In this document: positions 63,498 to 64,000 of the stretch, one piece after another
Layout: every line of letters begins with the position of its first letter
Numbering within the stretch: position 1 is the first letter of the stretch
Origin: Adineta vaga
Taxonomy: Eukaryota; Animalia; Rotifera
DNA length: 64,000 nucleotides
Assembly (NCBI GenBank): GCA_021613535.1
Contig: CP075492.1
Span: 6,014,001 to 6,078,000, forward strand
Direction of reading: 5' to 3'
Notes under the pieces: model-generated
Seen by the model: only the letters and a program-made list of their open reading frames with translations
What the model was told of the DNA's origin: nothing
Database searches by the model: none
Position numbers and translations under genes: made by a program

Positions 63498-64000
63498 ATG
63501 AGTGTACGATTGATTTGACGATCATCGTCTAAATTTGTGCGTGACCGAGCGCGTAGATAGAATCTTTTTGATTCTCAATCATCAGATCCATTAATAATTC
63601 GTCAAGAAATCTTATCAACTCATCTCTATATTATTCTTGTTATTATTTCTCTTGTTATTTTAACAACATATACAACAATTAACAATCAAATCGAGAATAA
63701 AACAGTAACATTTCCAAGTCAATCTCTTTATGAAAATCTTCACAAGAAATATTCTAATAGCTTGGAATGTTCATGTAGAAAAGTTTCTATTCCTCATGGA
63801 AAATTTGTTCGAATGATTCCAAAATTTCATCAAGTGTGCTCAACAGATTTCGTCTCTCAAAAATGGATCGATTTTATATTCAAAGTAAATGTCGAATTAA
63901 TTATGCCAATCGATGTACGAACTAGTTTAAGTGCAATGTGGCAATTAATTCAGTCATTTTGCCGAAGTGAAACAAAGACAACTGTTGATGCACTTGATCA
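63498..64000 (+). pseudogene. 5' part of a large Cys-motif transmembrane protein (family expanded in bdelloid rotifers), with two early in-frame stops; runs off the window
   Basis: MSVRLI*RSSSKFVRDRARR*NLFDS..ILSTHLYIIL(TM)...LECSCRKVSIPHGKF...PKFHQVCSTDFVSQKWI. TGA at 63516-63518 and TAG at 63558-63560. Confidence 0.65.

Overview
AT-rich, gene-dense eukaryotic DNA with many short (about 35-65 nt) GT-AG introns. The intron style, the ART-TPR gene and the Cys-motif membrane-protein family at the right end suggest a bdelloid rotifer (inference). About 25 genes are supported. They include a claudin-like protein, JHY-like, a Crypton/DUF3504-derived gene, TMEM24/C2CD2L-like, SAM synthetase, an RTP/zf-3CxxC protein, ARL1, profilin (missed by the ORF track), importin-7, a frameshifted ADP-ribosyltransferase-TPR gene, RIM-binding protein, cytochrome c, NDUFAF2, VMAC-like, an atypical DUSP, Mint/X11, NAAA/acid ceramidase and BCKDHB. 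The last 5.5 kb is gene-poor and repeat-like, and ends in a probable pseudogene. The most notable observations are: (1) two operon-like gene pairs with near-identical 64/65-nt spacers that end in an unpaired splice acceptor directly abutting the downstream ATG; (2) an intron-containing, catalytically truncated Crypton recombinase fused to a NEK1-like C-terminal domain; (3) a toxin-type ART-TPR gene split by a single-base frameshift; and (4) splicing features of SAM synthetase. No rRNA, tRNA or CRISPR array was seen. All homology calls come from recalled family motifs, not database searches.
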